Shown here: in pieces, positions 1-9,582 of the stretch
Layout: every line of letters starts with the position of its first letter
Position numbering within the stretch: position 1 is the stretch's first letter
Assembly (NCBI GenBank): GCA_964616985.1
Contig: CAZTVF010000004.1
Span: forward strand, 1,128 to 65,127
Direction: 5' to 3'
Length of the DNA stretch: 64,000 nt
From: an uncultured Planctomycetaceae bacterium
Lineage (GTDB): Bacteria > Planctomycetota > Phycisphaerae > SM23-33
Notes under the pieces: generated by a model
Database searches by the model: none
What the model saw: only the letters and a program-made list of their open reading frames with translations
What the model was told of the DNA's origin: nothing
Program-made: the position numbers and the translations under genes

Positions 1-1232
1 GCGTGTGCCGATGGCCGGCGACCGCCATGCCGTGAGCCGCCGCGCGAGCCGTGGCTGCGGCGGGGTTCGCGATCGTCCTCCTCCGACGCCGGCGCACTGG
101 CCGCGCGGCCGAAGGGCACGATGTTGAGCTTCTCGCCAGTCAGCCGCTGCACCTCGGCCACGCCGCGGCGGTCCATGCGGGTGACGAAGCTGGTGGCCAG
201 GCCGCTGGCGGCGACGCGGGCCGTGCGCCCGATGCGGTGGACGTAGTCCTCGGCCGCCCGCGGGAAATCATAGTTGATCACGTGTTCGATGTCGGCCACG
301 TCCAAGCCGCGCGCGGCGATGTCGGTGGCGATCATGATGCGGTGGCTGCCCTCGCGGAAGCCCAGCATGGCCGCGTCGCGCTGGGCCTGCTCGCGGTCGC
401 CGTGAAGCTTGCCCACGTTGGGGTAGTCGCGATGGATCGCCCGCGCCAGCCTCTCCACACCCAGCTTGGTGCGGACGAAGATCAGCACGCGGCCCTCGGT
501 CTTGTCCAGCAACTGAAGCAGCAGCGGGATCTTGTCGTCGTCATGCACGTCGAACAGCTGCTGCTGGGCCCGCTCGGCCGGGGCGGAATTGCGGCCGGCC
601 TGGATGCGGACGGGGTCCTTCATGTTGCGGCGGGCGATGCGTTCGACATCCGGCGGCATGGTGGCGGTGAACATCATGGTCTGGCGGGCGGGGGGCACGG
701 CCTCCAGGATGCGGCGGATCTGCGGGATGAAACCCATGTCGTGCATGCGGTCGGCTTCGTCGACGGCGAGGACCTCGATCTCGGTGAGGCTGACGGTGCC
801 CTGCTCGAGATGGTCGATGAGGCGGCCGGGCGTGGCGACCAGCACGTTGGGCCACGAGTGCAGCGCCTTCATGTCGTCCCGCGTGGGCGTGCCGCCGACG
901 ACGCAGGCGACGCGGATGCCGCTGGATTGCCCCAGCAGGCGGAACATGTCGGTGATCTGGTGGGCCAGCTCGCGCGTGGGGGCCAGCACCAGGGCGGCCA
1001 GTTCCATCTTGTTGGCCAGGCGGTGGATGATCGGCAAGGCGAAGGCGGCCGTCTTACCCGTGCCCGTCTGGGCCAGGCCGATGATGTCCTTGCCCTCGAT
1101 GGCGGGCGAGATGCACATGGCCTGGATGGGGGTGGGTTTCTCCCAGCCGGCGGAGATGATGTCCTGCTGGATCGTCTCCAGCAGCGGGAAATCGGAAAAC
1201 TTCGGTTCGTGAGGGGTCGCTGACGTACTCAA
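1..1232 (-). CDS. DEAD-box ATP-dependent RNA helicase. The C-terminus runs off the window start and the N-terminal start codon is uncertain (possible TTG at 1232).
   Basis: The reverse-strand translation shows a Q motif (TPIQA), motif I AQTGTGKT, Ia PTRELA, II VDEADRM, III TAT and VI HRIGRTAR. The ORF track only shows the antisense 51..1223 ORF. No in-frame ATG precedes the Q motif. Confidence 0.85.
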   Translation of the reverse strand, partial: MSTSATPHEPKFSDFPLLETIQQDIISAGWEKPTPIQAMCISPAIEGKDIIGLAQTGTGKTAAFALPIIHRLANKMELAALVLAPTRELAHQITDMFRLLGQSSGIRVACVVGGTPTRDDMKALHSWPNVLVATPGRLIDHLEQGTVSLTEIEVLAVDEADRMHDMGFIPQIRRILEAVPPARQTMMFTATMPPDVERIARRNMKDPVRIQAGRNSAPAERAQQQLFDVHDDDKIPLLLQLLDKTEGRVLIFVRTKLGVERLARAIHRDYPNVGKLHGDREQAQRDAAMLGFREGSHRIMIATDIAARGLDVADIEHVINYDFPRAAEDYVHRIGRTARVAASGLATSFVTRMDRRGVAEVQRLTGEKLNIVPFGRAASAPASEEDDREPRRSHGSRGGSRHGGRRPSAH

Positions 1233-1501
1233 AACAATACCTTTCAGACATTTACATACGGCAATCCCGCCGGAATGGGCCGGGGCGAAGCGTATCGCCC
1301 GCGGAACAACTGCATGGCGAATTTGGATTGCGGGGCGGGAAACTTGGGGTCTGCCGTACTCTAACCCGATCTTCTACCATGTTCTTTTGGCCAAAAGTAT
1401 ACCGCGCTTTCCTACCGGACACAACCGCTAATCCGGGGCGTAACAGGCGACGAATCACGACGCCCCTGCCAATTCACACGCTGCTGTGGTTAAATAGGTT
1501 C

Positions 1502-1810
1502 ATGCGAGATTGGGACAAGATACACCTTCGTGACGCCGCCGGCGGCGCGGTCATCGCGGTGAAGGTCGTGCCGGGGGCGTCGCGCGACAAGGTTGCCGGC
1601 GTCCTGGGCGACAGCCTCAAGGTCGCTACCTCCGCCCCGCCCGAGAAGGGCAAGGCCAACGCCGCCGTCGCCGCGATCCTGGCCAAGACCCTGGGTGTGG
1701 ACAGACGCGGCGTCGAGCTGGCCAGCGGGCCGGCCAGCCCGCACAAGGAATTCCGCGTCGCGGGCCTGAGTGCCGACGAACTGCGGCAACGGCTGCGCGA
1801 ACTGCCGTGA
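1502..1810 (+). CDS. DUF167 (YggU-like) family protein
   Basis: The C-terminal ~100 aa of ORF 1328..1810 (VKVVPGASRDKV...KVATSAPPEKGKANAAVAAILAKTLGV...ASGPASPHKEF) match the YggU/DUF167 pattern. The start was chosen at the internal Met MRDWDK. Confidence 0.6.
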   Translation: MRDWDKIHLRDAAGGAVIAVKVVPGASRDKVAGVLGDSLKVATSAPPEKGKANAAVAAILAKTLGVDRRGVELASGPASPHKEFRVAGLSADELRQRLRELP

Positions 1811-1830
1811 TATGATGGGTGGCGGCGTGG

Positions 1831-1908
1831 CGGCGGCTTGCCGTTCAGCGCCGTCAAATCCGGGTGACGCCCTGCGGCTTCTACAGCGATGAACGGCAAG
1901 CCGCCGCC
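1831..1908. repeat. Palindromic repeat family A, copy 1. It is a ~78 bp hairpin element with arms ggcggcttgccgttca / tgaacggcaagccgcc.
   Basis: The inverted arms are seen directly. A second copy lies in inverted orientation at 2721..2796. Confidence 0.7.
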
Positions 1909-1994
1909 AGACGCAGTCATATATTCGACCGTGATGAACTACCAGGGCGGCGGCCTCGGAAGGCTGCCACCCGGAATTTGCTGAGAGAAAGACG

Positions 1995-2621
1995 ATGAAG
2001 CGAAAGAAACTGACAATCGGCCTGCTGGTCACGGCGATCGTGCTGGGCGGGTTGGCGATTTATTTCTACCCCGTGATCTCGGCCTACGTCCGCGCGACGC
2101 CCGAGCGGCGAAACCCGCAGACGGCCACCGCGCGGCCGGCCAACTGGGCGCAGCCGATCCAGGTGAACGGGCTGCACAACGTCTTCCGCGTCAGCGACAA
2201 CCTCATCCGCGGCGCCCAGCCGACGGCGGAAGGGCTGGCCGCGCTTAAGGCCATGGGGGTCAAGACGGTGGTCAACCTGCAGGTGTTTCACGACGACCAC
2301 GCCGAGCAGGCCGGCCTGCAGAGCGTGCGGATCGACATGGAAAGCTGGCGGCCCAAGCGCGAGCAGGTCGTGGAATTCCTTCGCGTGATGAACGACCCCA
2401 ATCGCACGCCCGTCTACGTGCACTGCTATCACGGCAGCGACCGCACGGGCACGATGGTGGCCTTGTACCGCATCGCGATGCAGGGGTGGACCAAGGAGCA
2501 GGCTGTCGACGAGATGACCCGCGGCGGGTACGGCTATCATCCCATCTGGCAGAACCTGCTCGAATTCATCGACGGCCTCGACATCGATGCCATCCGGCGC
2601 GACGCGGGGATTTCGAAGTAA
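1995..2621 (+). CDS. Membrane-anchored dual-specificity/tyrosine phosphatase-like protein
   Basis: There is an N-terminal TM helix (LTIGLLVTAIVLGGLAIYFY). The PTP active-site signature VHCYHGSDRTG follows the HCx5R(S/T) pattern. Confidence 0.75.
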   Translation: MKRKKLTIGLLVTAIVLGGLAIYFYPVISAYVRATPERRNPQTATARPANWAQPIQVNGLHNVFRVSDNLIRGAQPTAEGLAALKAMGVKTVVNLQVFHDDHAEQAGLQSVRIDMESWRPKREQVVEFLRVMNDPNRTPVYVHCYHGSDRTGTMVALYRIAMQGWTKEQAVDEMTRGGYGYHPIWQNLLEFIDGLDIDAIRRDAGISK

Positions 2622-2720
2622 CAACCGCCAGGTGGTTACGATATTCTGCGGAGATCGCGAACGTCGCCACCAGGGATCACTTGGTAGCTCGTGACGATCG
2701 AATATGTGAGTGCATCTGGC

Positions 2721-2796
2721 AGCGGCTTGCCGTTCGGCGCTGTAGAAGCCCCGCGGCGTCACCCGGATCTAACAGCGCCAAACGGCAAGCCGTCGC
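2721..2796. repeat. Palindromic repeat family A, copy 2, which is the reverse complement of copy 1
   Basis: The element agcggcttgccgttcggcgctgtagaagcc...aacggcaagccgtcgcc has the same arms and an inverted internal segment. Confidence 0.7.
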
Positions 2797-2830
2797 CAGA
2801 GCCTTACTCCCAGATTCAAACTGTGAAGCA

Positions 2831-5311
2831 CTACGACAGCGGCCGCTCCAGAAGGTCGGTCTCGATGAGGCCCTTGGCCTTCTTCACGCGGAAGGTCTTG
2901 ATCTCGCAGGCATCCAGCCAGACCTTCTTCTTTACCCCCAGGGCGGGCAGCGACAGCGTCGTGCCGCGGCGCGAGTCGGTGGGGTTGAAGAGTCGCACGA
3001 TGTAATCGCCGCCGGACTGGGCCTTCTTCAAGGCCGCCAGTTCGATTACCTCGTCGCTCAACACCGCCGCGGGCTTGGGCCTCTTGCCGCTGCCGGAGGG
3101 GAAGAAGGACAGCGCCATCGGCTTCTCGTTATGCGCCGCGGCCTCACGACCGACGCGGGCGAGGCGCTCCGCGGCCAGGCCGCCGGACAGCCAGAAGCGG
3201 AACAGCCGCTCGCCCTGGTCGATCCGCGGCGTGTAGCGGTCCTGCGGCACGATGGGCCGCTGGCCGATCGGATGGCCGCTGTAGGCTGGCGACCGCAGCA
3301 GCGTCATGCGAAGCTCGCCGCCCGCGAAATCGCTGCCGTACAGGCCGTCGTTGACCAGTGTGAGGGCGGCCTGGTCGGTGTCGGAGACGACGGCCACCCA
3401 CTTCTGGGCGACGGCCTCATCCCCATTGGTCGCCAAGGCCTGGACGCCATAGGCCGTCTGGCCGACGTAGCGGGCCTGGGGGTCGCAGGTCGGGATCGAA
3501 AGCTTGAGCATGCGATCCTTCTCGTTCCAGTGCACGCGGACCTCGACCTCCACCTCGGCGCCCGCCTTGGGCACTTTGTAGCGAATAATCGCGGCGGAAC
3601 TGCCGAAGTCCAGGATCGCCTCGACCACGACGCGGGCCGCGCCATCCTCCACCACCCGCACGGGCGAGAGCGTCGCGGCGCGCACGCCGGCAACGCGGGC
3701 GGCGGCGGCAGAGTCCAGCAGTTCGAACCGCCCCACCACTTTGCGGAAGCTGCGGACGGTCATGCCCCAGGCGTCTTCGTTGTCCTCGATCACCACGGGG
3801 GCGAACGCGCCGGGGGCCACCAGCTCGAAATCGTTGAAGCGGCACTGGTCCATCAGGCCCGTCTGCGAGTTGATAACCACGGTCAGCTCGCCCGTCTCGA
3901 TGCGAATCGTGCCGTCGGCAGGCTTCAGCTGGACAGCCGGCTTGGCCGCGATAACCTCGGTGCGGCAATCGAACCGGTTCATGCCGGGCGCGAGCCTGGC
4001 CCCGAAGACGACATTCTTCCGCCAGTCGAGCGTGAGGTTGCTGGCCTCCTTCTCCACCTGCGCGGGCAATTCGCGCGGGCCGGCGAAGACCCGGATGTTG
4101 GTGAACGTGTCCTTCCAGTTCTGGTCGGCCAGCTGGAACTCGCACTCCACCGTGCTGTCGATGGCGTACGGGTGCGGGTTGTGGACGAGGATGGGGATCT
4201 GCCCCTCCTTCGCCTTGGCCTGCCCCGCCGCCAGCGCGAAGAATGCCCGCGCCTTGGCCCGCGACAGCTTCTCCAGCCCGTGGTCCAGCCGCCGCAGCGA
4301 TGCCTCCTCGACCGCCTGGATCGACGACCCCGGCAGCACGTCATGAAACTCGCACGCCAGCAGGTCCTTCATCGCCTCGGCCAGCTCCTCGGCCGGATAT
4401 GCCATCAGTGCCTGGGCCGCTGCGCCCGCGGCCATCTTCTCGGTGGCGTACAGCTCGTTCTCCAGCATGCGGTGCTTCTGCTTGATCCGCACCTGCGAGG
4501 TGTAGCAGCCGACAGAGAACGGGTTGAGGTCGCGATCGACCCGCGGCAGCGATTCCTTGCGGGCGGCCAGGTCGGCGAAGTAGGCCTCTGCGGTGGAGTG
4601 CGTCACATTCTCGTCGCTGGATTCGATGAAGGCGGCGATGTCCCGCAGGTCTTTTCGCGACGGCCCGCCGCCGTGGTTGCCCACGCCCCAGAGGATGATC
4701 TGCAGGTCGCCGCCCTTGGCGGCCCAGTCGCGGATCTTGCCCGTTGCCTGGCCCAGCGCGCTGTTGTAGTAGCAGCTGGCGCGATTGGTCATGATCTCCG
4801 AGCCGTCGAAGCCGACCCACACGAACTCGTCCTGCGGAAGCGGGCATTCATGCTGCCCCGGCCGGCAGATGAGGTACGAGTCGTAGCCGCTCTTGGCCAG
4901 GATCTGCACCAGCCCGCGGGAGTGGCCGAAGGGATCGAAGTTGATCGCGGTGGTCACGTCGACGCCGAACTTCTCGCGGAAGTAGCCTTTGCCCGCGAGG
5001 ATCTGGCGGACGAACGATTCGCCCGAGGGCATGTTGCAGTCGGGCTGCAGGAACCAGCCGCCCATGATGCTCCAGCGGCCCGCCTTGACCAGGCGCTGGA
5101 TCCGCTTGAACAGCGCGGGCTCGTATTCCTCCACCCACTGGTAGAGGATCGCTTCGTTGTGGTTGAAGATGAAGCCGTCGAATTCCTCGCACAGCTCTGC
5201 CGCCGTGCGGAAGGTGGACAGCGCCGCCGCGACGCCCTCCTGCCACTCCCACAGCCAGACGGGATCGATGTGCGCGTTGCAGACGAGATGGATTTGCTTG
5301 CTCATATTCAC
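2831..5311 (-). CDS. Glycoside hydrolase family 38 alpha-mannosidase
   Basis: The N-terminus HLVCNAHIDPVWLWEW...FNHNEAILYQW is typical of GH38 N-terminal catalytic domains. The ORF is 826 aa with coherent composition, whereas the overlapping 969-aa plus-strand ORF is R/G-rich junk. Confidence 0.8.
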   Translation of the reverse strand: MNMSKQIHLVCNAHIDPVWLWEWQEGVAAALSTFRTAAELCEEFDGFIFNHNEAILYQWVEEYEPALFKRIQRLVKAGRWSIMGGWFLQPDCNMPSGESFVRQILAGKGYFREKFGVDVTTAINFDPFGHSRGLVQILAKSGYDSYLICRPGQHECPLPQDEFVWVGFDGSEIMTNRASCYYNSALGQATGKIRDWAAKGGDLQIILWGVGNHGGGPSRKDLRDIAAFIESSDENVTHSTAEAYFADLAARKESLPRVDRDLNPFSVGCYTSQVRIKQKHRMLENELYATEKMAAGAAAQALMAYPAEELAEAMKDLLACEFHDVLPGSSIQAVEEASLRRLDHGLEKLSRAKARAFFALAAGQAKAKEGQIPILVHNPHPYAIDSTVECEFQLADQNWKDTFTNIRVFAGPRELPAQVEKEASNLTLDWRKNVVFGARLAPGMNRFDCRTEVIAAKPAVQLKPADGTIRIETGELTVVINSQTGLMDQCRFNDFELVAPGAFAPVVIEDNEDAWGMTVRSFRKVVGRFELLDSAAAARVAGVRAATLSPVRVVEDGAARVVVEAILDFGSSAAIIRYKVPKAGAEVEVEVRVHWNEKDRMLKLSIPTCDPQARYVGQTAYGVQALATNGDEAVAQKWVAVVSDTDQAALTLVNDGLYGSDFAGGELRMTLLRSPAYSGHPIGQRPIVPQDRYTPRIDQGERLFRFWLSGGLAAERLARVGREAAAHNEKPMALSFFPSGSGKRPKPAAVLSDEVIELAALKKAQSGGDYIVRLFNPTDSRRGTTLSLPALGVKKKVWLDACEIKTFRVKKAKGLIETDLLERPLS

Positions 5312-5463
5312 TCCACTGGATCGATTCTTCTTAGAACGCTTCGCACGAGCCGCCGCCTGGGCATCGCTCGCTTTTCAGCGCTGTTCGAACAATGAACAGC
5401 GCCGAAAGACGAGCATCAGCCGAGTCTTTTCTGATTCCCAAGCCTCGCCATCAGATGTTCCAA

Positions 5464-6318
5464 TCACTCGGGCCCGGCGATGGTCGAATCGCGGCGGGCC
5501 TTGGCGGCGGTGAGGAACTTCGTGATGGCGCGGGCGTCGCCGGCGGCCACCAGGTCGCGAAGGCGGCGTAGGCTCTTGTCGTAGGCATCCATGGCCGCCA
5601 CCAGCGAGGCGCGGTTGGTGATCAGGATGTCGCGCCACATCTCCACGTCGCCGCTGGCCAGGCGCGTCGTGTCGCGCAGCCCGCTGGCCGAGACCGCCAG
5701 GTCGGCTTCCTTGGGCAGCATCATCAGCAGGCCCGCCAGCACGTGCGGCAGATGAGACACGCGGGCCAGCGACTGATCGTGCTTCGGCGGCGACATCTCG
5801 ACCACGCGCATGCCCAGGCCTTCCCACAGGTCGCGGGCGCGCTGCTTCAGCGCCGCCGGCGTGGCCTGCGTGGGGGTGAGGATGCACGTGGCGCCGCGGA
5901 GCATTTCGGCGCGTGCGTAGGCCGGGCCCTTCCTTTCGCTGCCGGCCATGGGATGGCTGCCGATGAAGACGCCCGGGGGCAGGATGCGCTGGGCCTGGCG
6001 GCAGACGACGGCCTTGGTGGAACCGACGTCGGTGACCATGGTCCCCGGGGCCAGCAGCGGCTTGATGGCCTGGAGATACTCCTGGAACGTGCCCACGGGC
6101 GTGGCCAGGATGATCACGTCGCTGCGGCCGACAACGTAGGCGACATCGAGGTGGGCCGTGTCGATCGCGCCGATCTTGAGGGCGTCGTTGAGGCTGGATT
6201 GCCGCCTGCCCACGCCCGCCACCTCGATCCGCCGATCGCGCTGCTTGAGCGCCAGGCCGATCGACCCGCCCAGCAGGCCCACGCCGATGATGGTCACATG
6301 TTGTATGCGTTTGGTCAT
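5464..6318 (-). CDS. tyrA: Prephenate/arogenate dehydrogenase
   Basis: A Rossmann motif VTIIGVGLLGGSIGLALK is followed by a TyrA-like catalytic region (GSHPMAGSE, HDQSLARVSHLPH). Confidence 0.8.
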   Translation of the reverse strand: MTKRIQHVTIIGVGLLGGSIGLALKQRDRRIEVAGVGRRQSSLNDALKIGAIDTAHLDVAYVVGRSDVIILATPVGTFQEYLQAIKPLLAPGTMVTDVGSTKAVVCRQAQRILPPGVFIGSHPMAGSERKGPAYARAEMLRGATCILTPTQATPAALKQRARDLWEGLGMRVVEMSPPKHDQSLARVSHLPHVLAGLLMMLPKEADLAVSASGLRDTTRLASGDVEMWRDILITNRASLVAAMDAYDKSLRRLRDLVAAGDARAITKFLTAAKARRDSTIAGPE

Positions 6319-6420
6319 TGAGGCCACAGAATATCAGCGAGCGGAGGATAGGGCAATCGTTGGCTTCCGATGCCTGTTGTCGCCACTTGCACAGAGAAGT
6401 GCAATGAATCTGGAGAACAC

Positions 6421-6672
6421 ATGACAGACAAAGCCCCCGACAGACAGGAACTGCTCCAACGCATTTCGATCGATCCTGAAGTGTGCGGCGGCAGGCCGTG
6501 CGTCGAAGGGACGCGCATCTATATCGCGATACTTCTGGAGGGGCTGACCGAGGGGCTCACTCCGCAAGACCTGCTTGTGCATTATCCCCAGCTTACACTG
6601 GCGGACATCCAGGCCGCACTCGCCTACGCGGCGGAGCTGGCCCAGGAAGACACCTGGAAGGCCGCGGTCTGA
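6421..6672 (+). CDS. DUF433 domain protein (antitoxin-like HTH). It is solo, with no adjacent partner.
   Basis: The segment ISIDPEVCGGRPCVEGTRIYIAILLEGLTEGLTPQDLLVHYPQLTLADIQAALAY matches the DUF433 core. The start was taken at the internal Met MTDKAP. Confidence 0.65.
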   Translation: MTDKAPDRQELLQRISIDPEVCGGRPCVEGTRIYIAILLEGLTEGLTPQDLLVHYPQLTLADIQAALAYAAELAQEDTWKAAV

Positions 6673-6760
6673 AGCTGAAGGTACTACCAGACTCAAGATT
6701 CCTCTTCCGTGCAATCCGCTAATCCGTGCAATCCCGCTCTCTCTTGTCGGCAAGCGTCCT

Positions 6761-8020
6761 TCACCCTTCCGTCGGATACGGGTCGTACCGCACGTGCGGA
6801 GCGTTGGGACGGCGGGGGGCGCCGCAGCGGTAGATGCGCGGCTGGCCCTGGGTGCGGAAGCGAATCACCACCGGCATGGTCGTGTCGCGCGTCTGGGCCC
6901 CGGTCTCGACGAACACCTTCTCGCCCGTCTGCGTGAATGCATACTTCGTGCCGGTGGCCAGTTCGCTCACCTCCAGCACCTTGTTCTGCACGCCGGCGAG
7001 GCGAAGCGTCGTGTCCGGCCAGTGGCGGATGTGCCAGTAGAACGCGTCGCCGGCGGCGGTGAAGCCGCCCGCGGAATCCCAGTCGCCCCGGCCGGAGTCG
7101 GGCGAGTGCATCGCGAATTCGAAACGGTCGGTGTCGTAGATCGCCTCGCCGTTGGCGGCGATCCACTCGCCCACGCGGTCGAGGATGCGGACGCTGTCGG
7201 CCGGGACGCTGCCGTCGCCGCAGGGGCCGATGTTCAGCAGCAGGTTGCCGCGGCCCGCCGCGCATTGGCGGAGCATCTCGGCCACCTGCTTGGGGCTCTT
7301 CCAGTCGTGGTCGCCGCGGTGGAAGCCCCAGTTGTTGTTGAGCGTCATGCATGCCTCCCACGGCTGGGTGCTGGAGGCGAGGTGGCCTTCGGGCGTGGCG
7401 TAGTCGCCCGCGTAGCCCGTGCGATTGTTGACGATGATGCCCGGCTGCAGCTGGCGGACCATCTCGGTGAGCTTGCGGCCTTGCCACGCGTCGCCGGTGA
7501 ACGGCCACCAGCCGTCGTACCACATGATGTCGATCTTGCCGTAGTTGGACATGATCTCGCGCACCTGGCCGTGGACGTAATCGATGAAGGGCTGATAGCA
7601 GGCGGCGGGGTTCTCCAAGGCGTCGACGGAGTTGGGCGAGTGGCTCCAATCGTTCAGCGTGTGGTACAGGCCGATCCGCAGGCCATGCTTGCGGCAGGCG
7701 GCGACGAACTCGGCCACGAGGTCTCGCCGGGCGGCGGTCTTGGGCGCGGTGAAGTCGGTGAGCTTGCTGTCGTACAGGCAAAAGCCCTCATGGTGCTTGG
7801 TGGTCAGCACCGCGTACTTCATGCCCCACTTCTTGGCGCGGGCGATGATCTCGTCGGCGTTGAACTTCTCGGCCGTGAACTGCGATGCGAGCTTCGCGTA
7901 CTCCTTCACGTCGATGGACTCGCGGTCCATCACCCACTCGCCCCGCCCCAGCAGCGAGTACAGGCCATAGTGAATGAACAAGCCATAGCGTGCGTTCACG
8001 AACCAGTCCATGTCGGGCAT
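6761..8020 (-). CDS. Alpha-L-fucosidase, GH29
   Basis: The N-terminal WFVNARYGLFIHYGLYS motif and the ~420 aa size are characteristic of GH29. Confidence 0.85.
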   Translation of the reverse strand: MPDMDWFVNARYGLFIHYGLYSLLGRGEWVMDRESIDVKEYAKLASQFTAEKFNADEIIARAKKWGMKYAVLTTKHHEGFCLYDSKLTDFTAPKTAARRDLVAEFVAACRKHGLRIGLYHTLNDWSHSPNSVDALENPAACYQPFIDYVHGQVREIMSNYGKIDIMWYDGWWPFTGDAWQGRKLTEMVRQLQPGIIVNNRTGYAGDYATPEGHLASSTQPWEACMTLNNNWGFHRGDHDWKSPKQVAEMLRQCAAGRGNLLLNIGPCGDGSVPADSVRILDRVGEWIAANGEAIYDTDRFEFAMHSPDSGRGDWDSAGGFTAAGDAFYWHIRHWPDTTLRLAGVQNKVLEVSELATGTKYAFTQTGEKVFVETGAQTRDTTMPVVIRFRTQGQPRIYRCGAPRRPNAPHVRYDPYPTEG

Positions 8021-8023
8021 GTG

Positions 8024-8464
8024 TTACTCCGTAATCTGGCGCGATTTCTTTATCTTGGCTACGAAAGAACCGGCAACTTCAACATATGGCCCACCGGCCC
8101 CATGGCAAACGGCTTTGATCTCTATTGGAAGCCCCTTGGTCACAAGTGTCCCAAAGGCAAGTTCCAAGGCGTCGATCTCCAATACCGAACCGGGTACGCA
8201 GAGAACGCTCTCGCCCAAGTCATTCAGGTCATCGCTGCCATCGCAGGTCAGGGAGAACGTCGTGTTCTCCAGATCATGAACACTCTGGAGCCCGGAGAAA
8301 GTAAGCGAATTAATAGCAAACCCAGCACGAGACAACTCTTTGGCGTCTGCAAAGACATTCACGGTCAACAGGTGCTTGCCGTGCTGTTCACGGTGGTGGG
8401 TTGACAGGATGACTTCGTCAATCTCGTAGCTCTCGGTACCAACCTTTAGTGTGCCTGCACCCAT
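8024..8464 (-). CDS. Hypothetical 146-aa acidic protein with atypically low GC (~50% against ~68% for the window)
   Basis: The ORF is intact in an AT-enriched segment, has a strong RBS (AAGGGAGGAAATCACG-ATG), and lies 4 bp upstream of the fucosidase gene on the same strand. No family was recognised. Confidence 0.55.
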   Translation of the reverse strand: MGAGTLKVGTESYEIDEVILSTHHREQHGKHLLTVNVFADAKELSRAGFAINSLTFSGLQSVHDLENTTFSLTCDGSDDLNDLGESVLCVPGSVLEIDALELAFGTLVTKGLPIEIKAVCHGAGGPYVEVAGSFVAKIKKSRQITE

Positions 8465-8559
8465 CGTGATTTCCTCCCTTGATCGGGCACAACCAAGTGC
8501 ATTCTTCTTCTCTTCATCTGCGTTGATCTGCGTTCATCCCTGCTTGTCTCTTGCCGCGA

Positions 8560-9363
8560 TCATCCGCCCAGGGCGGCCCGCAGGGGGTCGTAGGCGGGGA
8601 TGCGGGCGAAGATCAGCCAGGCGATGTTCAAGCCGGTGACGACGTCGTACGGCACGGTCATGCGGGGCCAGCGCCACAGGCGAATCTTGAGCCACAGGCC
8701 GCCCTGGCGCGGGTCGGTGATCGGCGTGCGGCCTTCGATGACGGCCTTGGTGTAGAAGATCCGCCGCAGCACCGTCAGCAGCGGCGACAGCGACTGCTGC
8801 ACCACCAGGGCGGGGATGTTGTGGGCGGCGGTCGCAATGAGGATGGCCGCCGACCGCTCGCCCCTCTGCCAGTAGCCCACGGTGCAGTGCTCGATGATGT
8901 CCTCGGCCCGCGCACGGGCGTAGGAGATCATGAACGAGTTGAAGAATGCGAGCATCGACAGGAACACCAGCGTGATGTTGGCCGGCTGCTGCCAGGCGTA
9001 GCAGCACGCGATGCCGCAATACACCGCGAAATCGCTGTAACGGTCGAGCGTGCTGTCGAGAAAGGCCCCGAACTTCGTCTTCATGTTCCCCAGCCGCGCC
9101 ACCGCCCCATCCAGCATGTCGCACGCCGAGGCCAGGATCAGCAGCCAGAACGCCATCATCATGTAGGCGTTGGCGGCGGCGCCGGGGCGCAGGCTCCAGG
9201 CGAACCCGCTGGTCGAGCCGGCCGCGTAGCACGCGCCAGCCGCCGCGGTCAGCACCATGCCCGTCAGCGTGAGTTTGTTGGGGGTGACGTGCAGGTGGAT
9301 CAGCCCGCGCGCGACGTGGTCGCGGGCCCAGATGAAGAATGAACCTATTGCTCGTCCGATCAT
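8560..9363 (-). CDS. CDP-alcohol phosphatidyltransferase family protein
   Basis: The motif DMLDGAVARL-x8-GAFLDSTLDRYSD matches the D-G-x2-A-R...G-x3-D-x3-D signature. The protein has multiple TM segments. Confidence 0.75.
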   Translation of the reverse strand: MIGRAIGSFFIWARDHVARGLIHLHVTPNKLTLTGMVLTAAAGACYAAGSTSGFAWSLRPGAAANAYMMMAFWLLILASACDMLDGAVARLGNMKTKFGAFLDSTLDRYSDFAVYCGIACCYAWQQPANITLVFLSMLAFFNSFMISYARARAEDIIEHCTVGYWQRGERSAAILIATAAHNIPALVVQQSLSPLLTVLRRIFYTKAVIEGRTPITDPRQGGLWLKIRLWRWPRMTVPYDVVTGLNIAWLIFARIPAYDPLRAALGG

Positions 9364-9510
9364 GGGGCAAGAGCGTACACCGATGTCGACCCGTTCGCAA
9401 CGGGGCATCGGCCGCCCTAAAGCCGGCCCACTGCGTGGGTCGGTCTTTCACGCTGGCGATTTTTGTACGTCTCGGCATCGCCCCCTGCCTGTGGCTGCAT
9501 CCAGGTCCAC

Positions 9511-9553
9511 CCTCACCCGGGCCTTGCGGCCCGACCTCTCCCTGAGGGAGAGG
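9511..9553 (-). terminator. Tandem GC hairpins (gggccgcaaggccc and cctctccctgagggagagg) 30-70 nt downstream of the HExxH lipoprotein gene stop. There is no U-tract.
   Basis: Perfect dyads are seen in the sequence. Calling them terminators is an inference. Confidence 0.35.
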
Positions 9554-9582
9554 GGCAAGCGAAACCCGGCGGCGCGACAGGT

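Noticed and set aside
1054-1251. A 65-aa ORF starting MSERYCF…
   Set aside because: It is out of frame with the DEAD-box helicase Q-motif, and the true helicase frame lacks an upstream ATG. It is most likely a GC-driven artefact; a frameshift in the helicase cannot be fully excluded.
2486-5395. A 969-aa plus-strand ORF overlapping the GH38 gene
   Set aside because: It is R/G/A-rich and low-complexity with no motifs. It is antisense to a well-supported GH38 ORF and is a typical high-GC artefact.
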